From Gemmatimonadota bacterium (lineage in GTDB: Bacteria > JAAXHH01), in contig VXMB01000014.1 in assembly GCA_009841265.1 (NCBI GenBank), forward strand, positions 353,490 to 417,489: DNA of 64,000 nt, read 5' to 3'. The first letter of the stretch is position 1. Every line of letters begins with the position of its first letter. This document shows positions 1 through 10,144 of the stretch, piece by piece. The position numbers and the translations under genes were made by a program. Under the pieces are notes generated by a model that was given only the letters and a program-made list of their open reading frames with translations, was not told where the DNA came from and did no database searches.

Positions 1-241
1 CTCCAGCAGTACCTGGACCGGAACGATCGAGGAGTGGGTAAGGGTGTTTTCAACTGTCGCAGTCATCGGGACATTCGCCTCGCCGGCCCGACTGGGGGCC
101 TGAACGCGCTTGACAGGGCCTAGGGGCGATTTAAACTAATGCTTACCCCTTTGGTCAACCGACGCGGATTGCGTGTGTAACGTTTCTTATTTACAATAGG
201 TTAACTTATATCCTTTAGATAACGGGCGAAACGGACCGTTG

Positions 242-1519
242 TCAAGCCGGTTTTGGCGGGCCGGGGAACAGGAAAGCCGATACATCGTGGACGAATCGAT
301 CGAAGGCGGATCGGTATTCCGGCCCGATGCGGTGGGCGTTCCGGACATTCCTGATCATGGACCGGGTCTCCTTTCCCCGCCGGTCGTAACGGTCCGGCAA
401 TGGTTCTCCCGTGGTGAAGGGGAACTCGTGCACGCCCAGGTCGAGGCGCAGGACGGGCGCCGGATGCAGGTTCCATTCCGTCTGATCGGCGGATATGACC
501 CGGTCGGCGGGATTGACGACCACCAGCAACCGGTCCTGCAGGTCCTCCATACGCGCTGACAGTGCGTCGCCGTGAAACAGCACCTCCTTCAGCCAGCGCA
601 GCGGGGCATCGACCGCTTGACCGTGGAGTTGGCGGTGGCGGCCGTCGACCAAGTTTCCGTGGTAGCCGACATCAACAAGATGGCGGTCACGGCCATCGAC
701 CAGGTTACCGTGGCGGCCATCGACCGCGGCGCGCACCGGTAGCCCGTCCGGGAATGACCCGCCGCTAAGATACGCCGACAGCCCCTTCGCGGCCGAATCG
801 TCCATGATGAACAGGCTTTCGGGCCGGATGCCGCCGAGGGGCGCGCCGGACGCGAAGAGGGCGGCCCGCGCATCGGAGAACCGTCCGAAGGGATCGGTCA
901 GCAAAAGGACAAGGGCCAGATAGCCGCCCGCCGAGTATCCCAGGAATCGCACCCGCGCCCCGGCCCTGCAGGACGCATGATCGCCCCCTTCGATGCGCGC
1001 GACCAGGTCCGCGGCGTCGAAGCAGGACTGCAGCCCGCCCAGGCAGTACCGTTCGGGCGCCCGGTCCAGCCTTTCGCTGATCCGTCCGTTGAAGGGGCTG
1101 GTCCGCCCGTTGCCCGTCATGGCGGCGCGGCGGGCGGCGATCTGGGTCTGCTCCTGCACGCTCCAGCGATCCGATCGCCTCCCCACGTGGAAGGACAGGG
1201 GGAAAAGAATGACAGGGATGCCGAGCCGCAGGGCGAAGCTGCCGGCCCAGGGCAGCATCCTGGCGTAGCTGCCCTCGTTCAGCCCGTGGAAGATGACCAG
1301 GACCTCGCCGGCGCCCGCCGCGGGCAGATCGACCGGTTCCACCATGAGGTAGCTGAAACCGCGGTTCTCCGCAATGTCCCGGTCCTCCGGCAGCAGCAGG
1401 CCGGTCCAGCGGGATTCGAAACGGGGGCGGCGAAGCCGGAAGCGTCCGTCGTCGACGGGATCGCCGCCCTTCCGGTACAGCCGGTTCAACTCATCGGGCT
1501 CGTATACGTTTCCGGGCAT
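242..1519 (-). CDS. alpha/beta-fold hydrolase (esterase/lipase-like) with an internal repetitive insertion
   Basis: 425-aa ORF. GYSAGG nucleophile-elbow motif (GxSxG) and an HGLNEG/IFHG-type oxyanion region. It ends immediately before the next gene. Family assignment is from motifs only. Confidence 0.55.
   Translation of the reverse strand: MPGNVYEPDELNRLYRKGGDPVDDGRFRLRRPRFESRWTGLLLPEDRDIAENRGFSYLMVEPVDLPAAGAGEVLVIFHGLNEGSYARMLPWAGSFALRLGIPVILFPLSFHVGRRSDRWSVQEQTQIAARRAAMTGNGRTSPFNGRISERLDRAPERYCLGGLQSCFDAADLVARIEGGDHASCRAGARVRFLGYSAGGYLALVLLLTDPFGRFSDARAALFASGAPLGGIRPESLFIMDDSAAKGLSAYLSGGSFPDGLPVRAAVDGRHGNLVDGRDRHLVDVGYHGNLVDGRHRQLHGQAVDAPLRWLKEVLFHGDALSARMEDLQDRLLVVVNPADRVISADQTEWNLHPAPVLRLDLGVHEFPFTTGEPLPDRYDRRGKETRSMIRNVRNAHRIGPEYRSAFDRFVHDVSAFLFPGPPKPA
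647..745. repeat. imperfect in-frame tandem repeat (about 24-27 nt units x4) inside the hydrolase CDS
   Basis: DNA units gccgtcgaccaagtttccgtggta / gccgacatcaacaagatggcggtcacg / gccatcgaccaggttaccgtggcg / gccatcgaccgcggcgcgcaccgg. They encode VDGRHGNLVDGRDRHLVDVGYHGNLVDGRHRQLHG on the minus strand. Confidence 0.5.
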
Positions 1520-1596
1520 CCGGCAACCTCCTGCGCGTCCGTTCCAGGCTGCGCGTCCGGTTCGGGGCCGATGATCCGTACCGCGCTTATATTAAC

Positions 1597-3537
1597 ATGC
1601 GACCACCAGACCCCCGCCGCGTGACCCTCCGCTCGATCCTGATCGGGATCGTCCTGGCCGTTTTCATCAGCCTCTGGATCCCCTACAACGTCTGGGTCGT
1701 GCGCGGGACATTCATGGACTTCGAGCACGTCTCGGCGTCCCTGATGGCGCCCTTCCTGTTCTTCGTCATCGTCGTGAACGGACTGCTGCGCAAGTACCGC
1801 CCCGCGGCCACGTTCACCACGTCGGAACTCCTCGTCATCCTAGCCTTCGGCCTGATCGCGTCCACCGTGCCGTCCCACGCCTTTATGAGCTATTTCATCG
1901 GCGTGATCACCACTCCGTACTATTTTGCATCGCCCGAAAACCAGTGGGTAGAGGTTTTCTTTCAATACCTGCCGGCCTGGCTGCTGGTCGACCCCGAGGA
2001 CCACACCATCCGCTGGTTCTACGAAGGGCTGCCCGCCTACGCCCGGCTGCCGTGGCGCCCCTGGATCGTCCCGCTCTTCTGGTGGGGCACATTCTTCATC
2101 GCCCTGTTCTTCGCGGGGTCCTGCCTGGTGGTGATCCTGCGGAAACAGTGGATCGTCCACGAGAAGCTCAGCTTCCCGCTGGCCCAGGTCATCGCCCAGG
2201 TCATCGACGAACCCGGCGGCCGTTCGTTTCTGCCGCCCTTCATGCGGGGCAGGCTCTTCTGGATCGGGTTCTCGCTGCCGCTGGCCGTGATCGGCTGGAA
2301 CATCGTCGACTACTTCACGCCGGTCGGGGTGATCCCCATCGGACAGCCCTACGCGACGGACCTTGTCATCGGCCACCTGTTCCCCGCCATCAAGATCAAG
2401 ATCAACATCTACCTCCTCTGCTTCGCCCTCTTCTCTCCGGTGGACATCCTGTTCAGCATCTGGGTCTTTCACCTGCTGGCCATCCTCGAGTCCGGCGGCA
2501 TGAACGCCGTGGGCCTGCTAGAAACCGGGGCCTCGCCGGACGCCGCGGTGCGGCTGCAGGAGATCGGCGCCCTGATCGTATTCGTGCTGTGGGGGTTTTG
2601 GATCGCCCGGCGCCACCTGTGGGACGTGGCGCGGAAAGCCCTGGGCCGGGCACCGGAAGTGGACGATTCCGAGGAGTTCTTTTCCTACCGGGCGGCCGTC
2701 CTGGGCGTGTTGCTGGGCGTCGCCTACATGGCGGCCTTCCTGCACATGGCCGGCATGAGTCCTGTCATCATGGCGCCCTTCCTGGTTCTGCTCTTCATCT
2801 TCTACGTCGGCGTGGCCCGGATCGTGGCGGAGACCGGCCTGGTCGCCCTCGACCTGCCCATGAACTCCCACGAGTTCCTCATTCGCGGGGTGGGCTCCTC
2901 CGGCATAGATCCTTCGTCCCTGACGGTCTTTGGCCTGACCAATGCCTTCGCGCGGAACTGGAAGACCTTTACCATGGTCTCCGTCTCCCACATCACCCGG
3001 ATCGGGGACCGGGTCTGGACCGACAAGAAGCTGATGTTCGCCGTGATCTGCGGGGCCTTTGCCCTGGCGTTCCTGATCGGCGCCGCATACACCGTCTATT
3101 CAGGATATGAGACCGTCGGCGCATCGCAGTTCGACCAGTGGGCGTTCACCACCGGGAACATCCACTTCTTCGAGAGCGTCAAGGTATGGATCCAGAACCC
3201 GACCCGGTTGTCGGTCATGGAAACCGCCTGGTTCTTCCTCGGAGGTCTCGTCATGATGGTGCTGATCTTCCTCCGGTACAAGTTCCCGGGCTGGCCGCTG
3301 CATCCCGTGGGACTCACCATTGCCCGCGGGGTGGCGATCGACAACGGCGCCTTCACCCTCTTCGTCGCGTGGGCGGTCAAGGTTCTGCTGCTACGGTCCG
3401 GCGGCATCAGCCTGTTCCGCCGCGCCCAGCCGCTGATCATGGGGATGCTGGTGGGATTCTGCACGGGACTCGTCCTGTCCAACCTCGTGGACATCATCTG
3501 GTTCCCGGGACAGGGCCACCGGATACACGGCTGGTAG
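1597..3537 (+). CDS. polytopic integral membrane protein of unknown function
   Basis: 646-aa ORF with more than 12 hydrophobic helices. No catalytic motif recognised. The competing antisense ORFs are GC artefacts. Confidence 0.5.
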   Translation: MRPPDPRRVTLRSILIGIVLAVFISLWIPYNVWVVRGTFMDFEHVSASLMAPFLFFVIVVNGLLRKYRPAATFTTSELLVILAFGLIASTVPSHAFMSYFIGVITTPYYFASPENQWVEVFFQYLPAWLLVDPEDHTIRWFYEGLPAYARLPWRPWIVPLFWWGTFFIALFFAGSCLVVILRKQWIVHEKLSFPLAQVIAQVIDEPGGRSFLPPFMRGRLFWIGFSLPLAVIGWNIVDYFTPVGVIPIGQPYATDLVIGHLFPAIKIKINIYLLCFALFSPVDILFSIWVFHLLAILESGGMNAVGLLETGASPDAAVRLQEIGALIVFVLWGFWIARRHLWDVARKALGRAPEVDDSEEFFSYRAAVLGVLLGVAYMAAFLHMAGMSPVIMAPFLVLLFIFYVGVARIVAETGLVALDLPMNSHEFLIRGVGSSGIDPSSLTVFGLTNAFARNWKTFTMVSVSHITRIGDRVWTDKKLMFAVICGAFALAFLIGAAYTVYSGYETVGASQFDQWAFTTGNIHFFESVKVWIQNPTRLSVMETAWFFLGGLVMMVLIFLRYKFPGWPLHPVGLTIARGVAIDNGAFTLFVAWAVKVLLLRSGGISLFRRAQPLIMGMLVGFCTGLVLSNLVDIIWFPGQGHRIHGW

Positions 3538-3557
3538 GTGTTCCGGGCAGCCGGATA

Positions 3558-3628
3558 TACGGCCGGCAGGCGATCGGAGCGGCCGGTACACCCACGGCCG
3601 GCAGGCGTCCGGAGCCGCCGGTACACCC
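3558..3628. repeat. tandem direct repeat (about 35 bp x2, roughly 90% identical) upstream of the kor promoter
   Basis: acggccggcaggcgatcggagcggccggtacaccc followed directly by acggccggcaggcgtccggagccgccggtacaccc. Confidence 0.6.
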
Positions 3629-3674
3629 GGCGTGCGAGGGTGCGGGAAATGTTGCGATTCCATGACGAATAGAA

Positions 3675-3704
3675 TTGACATTCGGGTACCTAACCCCATA
3701 TAAT
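3675..3704 (+). promoter_or_regulatory. near-consensus sigma70-type promoter for korAB
   Basis: TTGACA (3675-3680), 18-nt spacer, TATAAT (3699-3704), about 50 nt upstream of the korA start. Confidence 0.5.
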
Positions 3705-3752
3705 CAAATGGTTTTGTGGATTTGAACCCGCCTGGAGATCGCCGAGGGCCGT

Positions 3753-5492
3753 TTGATGGATCAGCTTGACCTGACTATACGTATCGCCGGCGAGAACGGC
3801 GAAGGCGTGCTTACCGTCGGCGACGTGCTGGCCGAAGCTCTGGCCCGGTCCGGTCTGCACATCTATACCTTCAAGAACCTTCCCGCCGAAATCAAGGGCG
3901 GCGCGTCCATGACCCAGGTCAGGGTGCAGGACACGCCCGTGCGCTCGCCGGGCGACGCCCTGGACATCCTGATGGTCTGGAACCAGGAGAACTACGACAT
4001 TCACGTGGGCGAGGTCAAGCCCACCGGCGTCGTGATCTACGATCCGGACGAATGCGACGCGGACGAAAACCTGGCGCTGACGCAGATCGGCGTGCCGCTC
4101 CAGACGATCACGAAGACCGTCATCAAGACGATGAAGTCCAAGAACGTGCTGGCCTTCGGGATCCTGACCGCCTGCCTCGGCATTCCCTTCGATTCGGCAA
4201 AGCAGATGGTGTCCGAAAGCCGGTGGGGACGGCGCAAAGAGTTTCTCGAGTCCAATATCAACGCGTTGAAGCAGGCCTATGTCTACGTCGACGAAAACGG
4301 CATCGACCTGGGCCTCCGGGTCACCGTCGAACGCAAGAACGGACACGCCCAGCTGATCATGACGGGGAACGACGCGCTCTGCATGGGCGCCCTGGCCGCC
4401 GGCTGCCGGTACTACGCCGGGTATCCCATCACGCCGGCCAGCGACGTCATGGAGACGCTGGCGAAAGCGATGCCGAGGGTGGGCGGCGTCCTGATGCAGA
4501 CCGAAGACGAGATCGCCGCCATCACCGCTTCCATCGGTGCGTCCTTCACCGGCGCGAAGGTGATGACCGCCACGGCGGGGCCGGGCCTGTCCCTCATGGT
4601 CGAGGCCCTTGGCCTGGCGACCATGGAGGAGATCCCCCTCGTGGTCGTCGACGTCCAGCGCGGCGGTCCGAGTACCGGCATGCCCACCAAGACGGAGCAG
4701 TCGGACCTGAACCTGGCCATCCACGGAGCCCACGGCGAGGCGCCCCGTATCGTGATCGCGGCGACCAATACAGAAGACTGTTTCTACACGGCGGTCAAGG
4801 CCTTCAATCTCGCGGAGAAGTACCAGACCCCGGTCATCCTGCTCAGCGACCAGCATCTCTCACAGCGCGCGCAGGTCATGTCCCGCCCCGATCTGAGCCA
4901 GGTCGAGATCGTCGAGCGCAAGCAGCCTGAACTGAACGGCAGCGTCACGCCCGAGGAGTTCGACCGGTACGAGATGACGGAGGACTACGTCTCTCCCATG
5001 CCTCTGCCGGGCCGCCATGACCAGCACTATGTGGCCACGGGGCTGGAACACGACGAGCACGCCCACATCGATTACTCGCCCGAAGCCCATATCCGCATGA
5101 CCGAAAAGCGGCACCAGAAAATCGAATCCGCGGTAAACGAGCCCGGGTTCGTCCAGCGGTACGGCGCGGAGGACGCACAGCTCGGGCTGATCGGCTGGGG
5201 ATCGTCGGAAGGACCCATTCTGGAAGCGCTGGACCGGACCCTCGCGAAGGGGTACAAGGTGGCTGCCCTGATATTCAAGATGCTCCATCCCCTGCCGGAG
5301 AAGGAAGCGCGCGCCTTCATCGAATCCATCCCGGTGGTCTCGGTGGTGGAACTGAACGCCAGCGGGCAGTTCGCGAACTACCTGCAGGGCCGCCTGGCCG
5401 TTTCTCTCCAGCGGTTCAACATCATAACGGGACTGCCCTTCAAGGCGGGCGAGATCGAGGAATACATCGAAGGAGTGCTGCAGTATGGCTGA
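3753..5492 (+). CDS. korA: 2-oxoacid:ferredoxin oxidoreductase alpha subunit (KorA/OorA-type, fused alpha-gamma)
   Basis: 579 aa. The N-terminus MDQLDLTIRIAGENGEGV...KNLPAEIKGG is typical of KorA. It overlaps the start of the beta subunit by 8 nt. Confidence 0.85.
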   Translation: MMDQLDLTIRIAGENGEGVLTVGDVLAEALARSGLHIYTFKNLPAEIKGGASMTQVRVQDTPVRSPGDALDILMVWNQENYDIHVGEVKPTGVVIYDPDECDADENLALTQIGVPLQTITKTVIKTMKSKNVLAFGILTACLGIPFDSAKQMVSESRWGRRKEFLESNINALKQAYVYVDENGIDLGLRVTVERKNGHAQLIMTGNDALCMGALAAGCRYYAGYPITPASDVMETLAKAMPRVGGVLMQTEDEIAAITASIGASFTGAKVMTATAGPGLSLMVEALGLATMEEIPLVVVDVQRGGPSTGMPTKTEQSDLNLAIHGAHGEAPRIVIAATNTEDCFYTAVKAFNLAEKYQTPVILLSDQHLSQRAQVMSRPDLSQVEIVERKQPELNGSVTPEEFDRYEMTEDYVSPMPLPGRHDQHYVATGLEHDEHAHIDYSPEAHIRMTEKRHQKIESAVNEPGFVQRYGAEDAQLGLIGWGSSEGPILEALDRTLAKGYKVAALIFKMLHPLPEKEARAFIESIPVVSVVELNASGQFANYLQGRLAVSLQRFNIITGLPFKAGEIEEYIEGVLQYG

Positions 5493-6459
5493 AGTCCGTA
5501 CGGCCGACACCGCCAAGACCACGGCGCCCGAACAGCCCGGTCAGGCCAGTCAGTCAGCGCCGGCCGAGCCGCTCAAGCCGGCCGCAAAACGAACGCTCAA
5601 GGACTACCGGAGCGAAGTCAAGCCTACCTGGTGCCCCGGCTGCGGGGATTTCGGTGTGCTTGCCGCATTGCAGCGCGCGCTGGCCGAACGCAACCTGGAT
5701 CCCAGGGACGTGGTCATCGTGTCGGGTATCGGCTGTTCCGGCCGACTGCCTGAATTCGTCAATGCCTACGGCCTGCACGTGGTACACGGCCGGGCACTGC
5801 CCGCGGCCCAGGGCGTCAAGGCGGCCAATCCCGATCTGACCGTCATCGCCGTCGGCGGCGACGGCGACGGGTTCGCCATCGGAGGCGGCCACGTGCCCCA
5901 CGCGGTACGGCGCAACCAGGACATCACCTATATCGTGATGGACAACCAGGTGTACGGTCTGACCAAGGGCCAACCCTCACCCAGCACGCCCACGGGGATG
6001 CAGGCGCTGCGGCGGAGCGTTTCCATGCCCAAGATGGCGCCCTACGAAGGGGTGCTGGAAGGCCAGTTGAACATCCTGGCCATGGTGATCGTGTACGGCT
6101 GCAGTTTCGTTGCACGCACGTTCTCCAGCCAGGCGTCGGAAATGGCGAAAATCATCGGCCGGGGGCTCGATCACCCCGGGTTCGCCTTCGTCCACGCGAT
6201 GAGTCCCTGCCCCACCTTCTACAACACCTACGACCCCTGGAAAGAGTCTTTCATGCCGTTGCCGGACGATTGGGACACCGGCGACCGGATCAAGGCGATC
6301 GACATGGCCATGGAAGAGGTGGGCGACGGCGTCTTCCACAGCGGCGTGTTCTTCCAGGACGTGTACCGCACCTATACCGACAAGCTGCAGGACGTGTACG
6401 CCAAGGCCTACGGCGACGAGCAGGCGACCATCGACGCCCTGATGGACCAGTACGCCTGA
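5485..6459 (+). CDS. korB: 2-oxoacid:ferredoxin oxidoreductase beta subunit (TPP-binding)
   Basis: 324 aa. WCPGCGDFG motif and a GDG-x-(n)-N TPP-binding region. Translationally coupled to korA. Confidence 0.85.
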   Translation: MAEVRTADTAKTTAPEQPGQASQSAPAEPLKPAAKRTLKDYRSEVKPTWCPGCGDFGVLAALQRALAERNLDPRDVVIVSGIGCSGRLPEFVNAYGLHVVHGRALPAAQGVKAANPDLTVIAVGGDGDGFAIGGGHVPHAVRRNQDITYIVMDNQVYGLTKGQPSPSTPTGMQALRRSVSMPKMAPYEGVLEGQLNILAMVIVYGCSFVARTFSSQASEMAKIIGRGLDHPGFAFVHAMSPCPTFYNTYDPWKESFMPLPDDWDTGDRIKAIDMAMEEVGDGVFHSGVFFQDVYRTYTDKLQDVYAKAYGDEQATIDALMDQYA

Positions 6460-6588
6460 GCCTGCGGGCCCGGTACGCATGGCCGCATGGCCGCCTGGCG
6501 CGATCCGGCCCTGCCCGGCGTCGCCCGATCCTGGCATGGTCCGCCCGGACCGGCTTCCCCTCAGTAAAACCTCAGCATTCCCGGAACA

Positions 6589-7446
6589 TCACCGGAACAC
6601 CACGGTTCGGCGTCCGTTGATCAACACGCGCCGCTGTATGTGGTAGAGTACGGCCCGCGCCAGCACGATGCGTTCGATGTCGTGCCCCACGGCCGTCAGT
6701 TCCGCCGGAGACATGCGATGGGTCACGGTCTCCACGTCCTGCTCGATGATCGGACCTTCGTCGAGGTCGGCCGTCACGTAATGGGCGGTAGCGCCGATCA
6801 GCTTCACCCCGCGCCGATGGGCCTGGTGGTAGGGCCGGGCACCCTTGAATCCCGGCAGGAAGGAGTGGTGGATGTTGATGATGCGGCCCGCCATCCGCTC
6901 GCAGACCTCGGGGCCGATGATCCGCATGTACCGGGCCAGCACGACGAAATCGATGTTGTTTTCCTCGATCTCGTCGATCAGCCGTTCCTCCTGCTCGTCC
7001 TTGTTCTCCGGCGTGATGGGCAGGTGCAGGAAGTCGAGGCCCGATTCCTTCGCCAGCTGTCCGGCGTCCGGGTGATTGGAGATGATCAGCGGAATATCCA
7101 GCCTGAGCTTGTCCATGCGGGTGCGGTTCAGCAGGTCCAGCAGGCAGTGCAATTCCCGCGACACCATGATGAGCGCCCGGGGCCGCGTATCGTCGGAGGA
7201 CAGGTCCCACTGCATCTCGAGCTCATCCGCCAGGGGTGCGAAGGTCCGCCACAGGGATCCCAAGGTTACGGGACCGCCGAAATGGACGCGCATGAAGAAC
7301 CGCTCGCTGAACGGATCGATGTACGTGTCGCTTTCGATGACGTGGCAACCCTGTTCAGCCAGCCAGCGGGTCACGGTGTAGATCAGTCCCGTGCGCTTGG
7401 GACAGGACAGGGCCAGCAGGAAGTTCTTTACGGTGCGTGCCTTCAT
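6589..7446 (-). CDS. purU: formyltetrahydrofolate deformylase
   Basis: 285 aa. N-terminal ACT domain (LLALSCPKRTGLIYTVTRWL) plus a formyltransferase core (HHSFLPGFKGARPYHQA). Confidence 0.85.
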   Translation of the reverse strand: MKARTVKNFLLALSCPKRTGLIYTVTRWLAEQGCHVIESDTYIDPFSERFFMRVHFGGPVTLGSLWRTFAPLADELEMQWDLSSDDTRPRALIMVSRELHCLLDLLNRTRMDKLRLDIPLIISNHPDAGQLAKESGLDFLHLPITPENKDEQEERLIDEIEENNIDFVVLARYMRIIGPEVCERMAGRIINIHHSFLPGFKGARPYHQAHRRGVKLIGATAHYVTADLDEGPIIEQDVETVTHRMSPAELTAVGHDIERIVLARAVLYHIQRRVLINGRRTVVFR

Positions 7447-7683
7447 GAATGGAGACCGTTACCGTGGGTTTGTGGTTTGGCTGCGTACCGCGTGTCCTCT
7501 TCGGGGGGCAGGATCGAAGATGAAGAGGGCATGAAGGTGGACCCTTCCGCAGGGCCCGGTTGCCGTGGAGCGGCGGGCGAGATCAGGCGGGACCGGACGG
7601 AACCGGGCGGAATCGACGGACGCTGGTGTGCGAATAGCGGACGCTGGCGGGCGCTCCGCCCTGGCTTGATCGGCGCAGGGCCG

Positions 7684-7929
7684 TCAGTCGTCCGTGAAGA
7701 AATCCGCGTTGATCTGGATGTAGTTCTGCCATTCGTCCGGAGTGTCTTCTTCGGCGAAAATGGCCTCAACCGGACATTCGGGCTCGCAGGCGCCGCAGTC
7801 TATGCACTCTTCCGGATCGATGTACAGCATCCGTTCGCCGTCCTTGGTGTGAATGCAGTCCACCGGGCATACATCGACACAGCCCTTGTCCATTACGTCA
7901 ATGCATGGCTCTGCGATAATGTAGGTCAT
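7684..7929 (-). CDS. 7Fe-type ferredoxin (3Fe-4S/4Fe-4S)
   Basis: Starts MTYIIAEPCIDVMDKGCVDVCPVDCIH...CIDCGACEPECPV. AGGAG RBS 6 nt upstream. The longer 109-aa ORF call is an upstream extension. Confidence 0.8.
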   Translation of the reverse strand: MTYIIAEPCIDVMDKGCVDVCPVDCIHTKDGERMLYIDPEECIDCGACEPECPVEAIFAEEDTPDEWQNYIQINADFFTDD

Positions 7930-8130
7930 CCGAGTCTCCTCGCTAAAACACGCTTTCTTGAAACAAACCGGCTTTGAGGATGCGTCGAACCCGGTACCGT
8001 CGGGAACAAACAATCAAACCAGGCAACGGTTCCGCCGCCAAAATACCGTAGTATAATAGTCGGCCCGTCATGGCCTGTCAAGCCTGAATTCGTTTGACCG
8101 CGGACCGGTTCTTCCTTAAGTTCAAAGGCC

Positions 8131-8814
8131 ATGCCACCGTTCGCCGTACCCACCGAGCTGGCCCGCCGTTACGACGTCTGTTTCAAGTCCATAGCCATTG
8201 GCAAGTGGGTGAACCTGGACATGCTGGCGGTACGCGATCCCGATGTGCTCATCGACGAAATCGACCCGGAATTCTACGATGAGGATGAACGCCTGCCCTA
8301 CTGGGCGGAGATCTGGCCCTCGGCGATCGGTCTCGGCCGTCACCTGTTCGAGTACCCCGCGCCCGCCGGTTCCCGGATCCTGGAACTGGGCTGCGGCATC
8401 GGCCTGGCCGGTATCGCCGCGGCCGCGGCCGGACTGGCGGTCACCGCGTGCGATTACGAAGAAGACGCCCTGGCCTTCGCCCGGTACAATGCCAGGCTGA
8501 ATGCCCTGGATGGGCGCGTATCATTCCGCTTCCTGGACTGGAGAAACCCGGATCTCGACCGCAAGTACACCATTGTAATCGGCTCGGACATCCTGTACGA
8601 AAGGCCGAATCACGACCCGATCCAGCGCCTGCTCCACGAAACGCTGGAACCGGGCGGCATGTTCCTCGCGAGCGATCCCGACCGCCGGGCGGCCGCCCCC
8701 TTCGTCGAATCCATGATCACCCGGGGATACCGCCACAGCGCGCAGCCCCGAAAGGTGAAATTCGAAAGCAAGGACAACCGCATCATCGTCCATCGGTTTC
8801 TGAAGGAAGACTGA
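8131..8814 (+). CDS. class I SAM-dependent methyltransferase (Methyltransf_16 / protein-lysine MTase-like)
   Basis: 227 aa. LELGCGIGLAGIAAAAAG motif I and DILYE motif. Confidence 0.6.
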   Translation: MPPFAVPTELARRYDVCFKSIAIGKWVNLDMLAVRDPDVLIDEIDPEFYDEDERLPYWAEIWPSAIGLGRHLFEYPAPAGSRILELGCGIGLAGIAAAAAGLAVTACDYEEDALAFARYNARLNALDGRVSFRFLDWRNPDLDRKYTIVIGSDILYERPNHDPIQRLLHETLEPGGMFLASDPDRRAAAPFVESMITRGYRHSAQPRKVKFESKDNRIIVHRFLKED

Positions 8815-8838
8815 GCCGCTGCCCAGATCGGAAAGGAC

Positions 8839-10113
8839 ATGAAAGAAGCCATCGACCAACTGCCGGAGGGGATCCGCGGGCAACTGCGCCGGGCCGGCCG
8901 CCTGGCCGATGAATCGGGACTGGCGCTGTACCTGGTCGGCGGGACCGTACGGGACCTGCTGCTGGGACGTTCCAGGACGGATATCGACCTGGCCGTGGAA
9001 GGGGACGGCATGGGATTCGCCGCCCGGCTGGCCCGGGCGTCCGGAGCCCGTTCCACACCGAATGCCCGGTTCCTGACGGCCACCGTGGAAATGCCCGAAG
9101 GCCACAGCCTGGACGTAGCCACAGCCCGCAGCGAGACCTACGAGTGTCCGGGCGCGCTGCCCAGGGTGGCGTCCGCGACGATGAACGTGGACCTGGCGCG
9201 GCGGGATTTCACGATCAACGCCATGGCGGTCTCGCTGAACGGGCGAAGCTTCGGCGAACTGGTCGATCCGTTCGAGGGCAGGTCCGACCTGCGGAAGAAA
9301 CGGGTCCGCATTCTCCACGACCGGAGCTTCATCGACGATCCGACCCGCCTCTTCCGAGCCGTCCGGTTCGAACAGCGCCTTCGGTTCAGGCTCGAGGGCG
9401 GGACCGAACGAAGGTTCCGGGAAGCGGTCGCCGGGGGCATGATCGGGAACCTTTCGGGCCCCCGGTTGCTCGAGCAGCTGAAACTGGTCTGCTTCGAACC
9501 GGATCCCTGGCTGGTCTTCAACCGGCTGGAAGGACTCGAGGTCCTCCGGGCCATCCACCCCGCCCTCGGATCCGACGAAGGACTGAAGACGCTTGTCCGG
9601 GAGATCAGCCCGTCCGGCGTTCCGGCGTCTCCGGCCCGAGACGGCTGGTGGATCCTGTACCTGGTGGCACTGTTCGGCCCGCACCGGGCCGAGACGCTGC
9701 GGGGCGTCGTGGACCGGTTGAAGCCCAACCGGCGTCTCAGGAAGGCTATTGAGGACATGTCCCGGTGGTCCGCCGTGGAGCGGGCCGTCGAGTCCGGGGA
9801 AATCGATACGCCGGCGGACTTCTTCCGCGCGGTGCGAACGCTCTCGGAGGACACCATGCTGTTCGTCACACTGACCCACCCGGACGAAGGCATGCGGAAG
9901 CGTTGCGAAACCTATTACCACCAGCACCGGCACATGCGCCTGTCCATCGACGGAGGTACGCTCAAGGACCTGGGCATCGCGGAGGGTCCGGCTTACGGCA
10001 GAATCCTGGACGAAGTGCTTTCGATGAAGATAAACGGCGAAATCGGGACCGAGGAGGAGGAACGCCGTGCCGCGCGGGATCTTCGGTCGCGCCTTCACCC
10101 CCCCGAACCCTGA
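8839..10113 (+). CDS. CCA tRNA nucleotidyltransferase / poly(A) polymerase family protein
   Basis: 424 aa. LVGGTVRDLLLGRSRTDIDLAVEGD head-domain motif and ERRDFTINAMA. Confidence 0.75.
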   Translation: MKEAIDQLPEGIRGQLRRAGRLADESGLALYLVGGTVRDLLLGRSRTDIDLAVEGDGMGFAARLARASGARSTPNARFLTATVEMPEGHSLDVATARSETYECPGALPRVASATMNVDLARRDFTINAMAVSLNGRSFGELVDPFEGRSDLRKKRVRILHDRSFIDDPTRLFRAVRFEQRLRFRLEGGTERRFREAVAGGMIGNLSGPRLLEQLKLVCFEPDPWLVFNRLEGLEVLRAIHPALGSDEGLKTLVREISPSGVPASPARDGWWILYLVALFGPHRAETLRGVVDRLKPNRRLRKAIEDMSRWSAVERAVESGEIDTPADFFRAVRTLSEDTMLFVTLTHPDEGMRKRCETYYHQHRHMRLSIDGGTLKDLGIAEGPAYGRILDEVLSMKINGEIGTEEEERRAARDLRSRLHPPEP

Positions 10114-10144
10114 ATGGATCCGCTAGCCTAGCAAAGGAGTATCC

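Noticed and set aside
1944-4856. 388-aa ORFs at 1944..3110 (+) and 3690..4856 (-)
   Set aside because: They overlap the membrane-protein and korA genes in other frames or on the other strand. They are Arg/Pro/Gly-rich with no motifs.
7447-7683. Possible ZTP (pfl) riboswitch in the purU leader
   Set aside because: CCGGGCGGA and GACGCTGGCG-like strings are present but on the non-coding strand and in the wrong order relative to the pfl consensus. purU is also not an expected ZTP target. I kept it only as a repeat-containing leader.
8521-10098. 525-aa minus-strand ORF
   Set aside because: It is antisense to the MTase and CCA-enzyme genes, which have clear family motifs.
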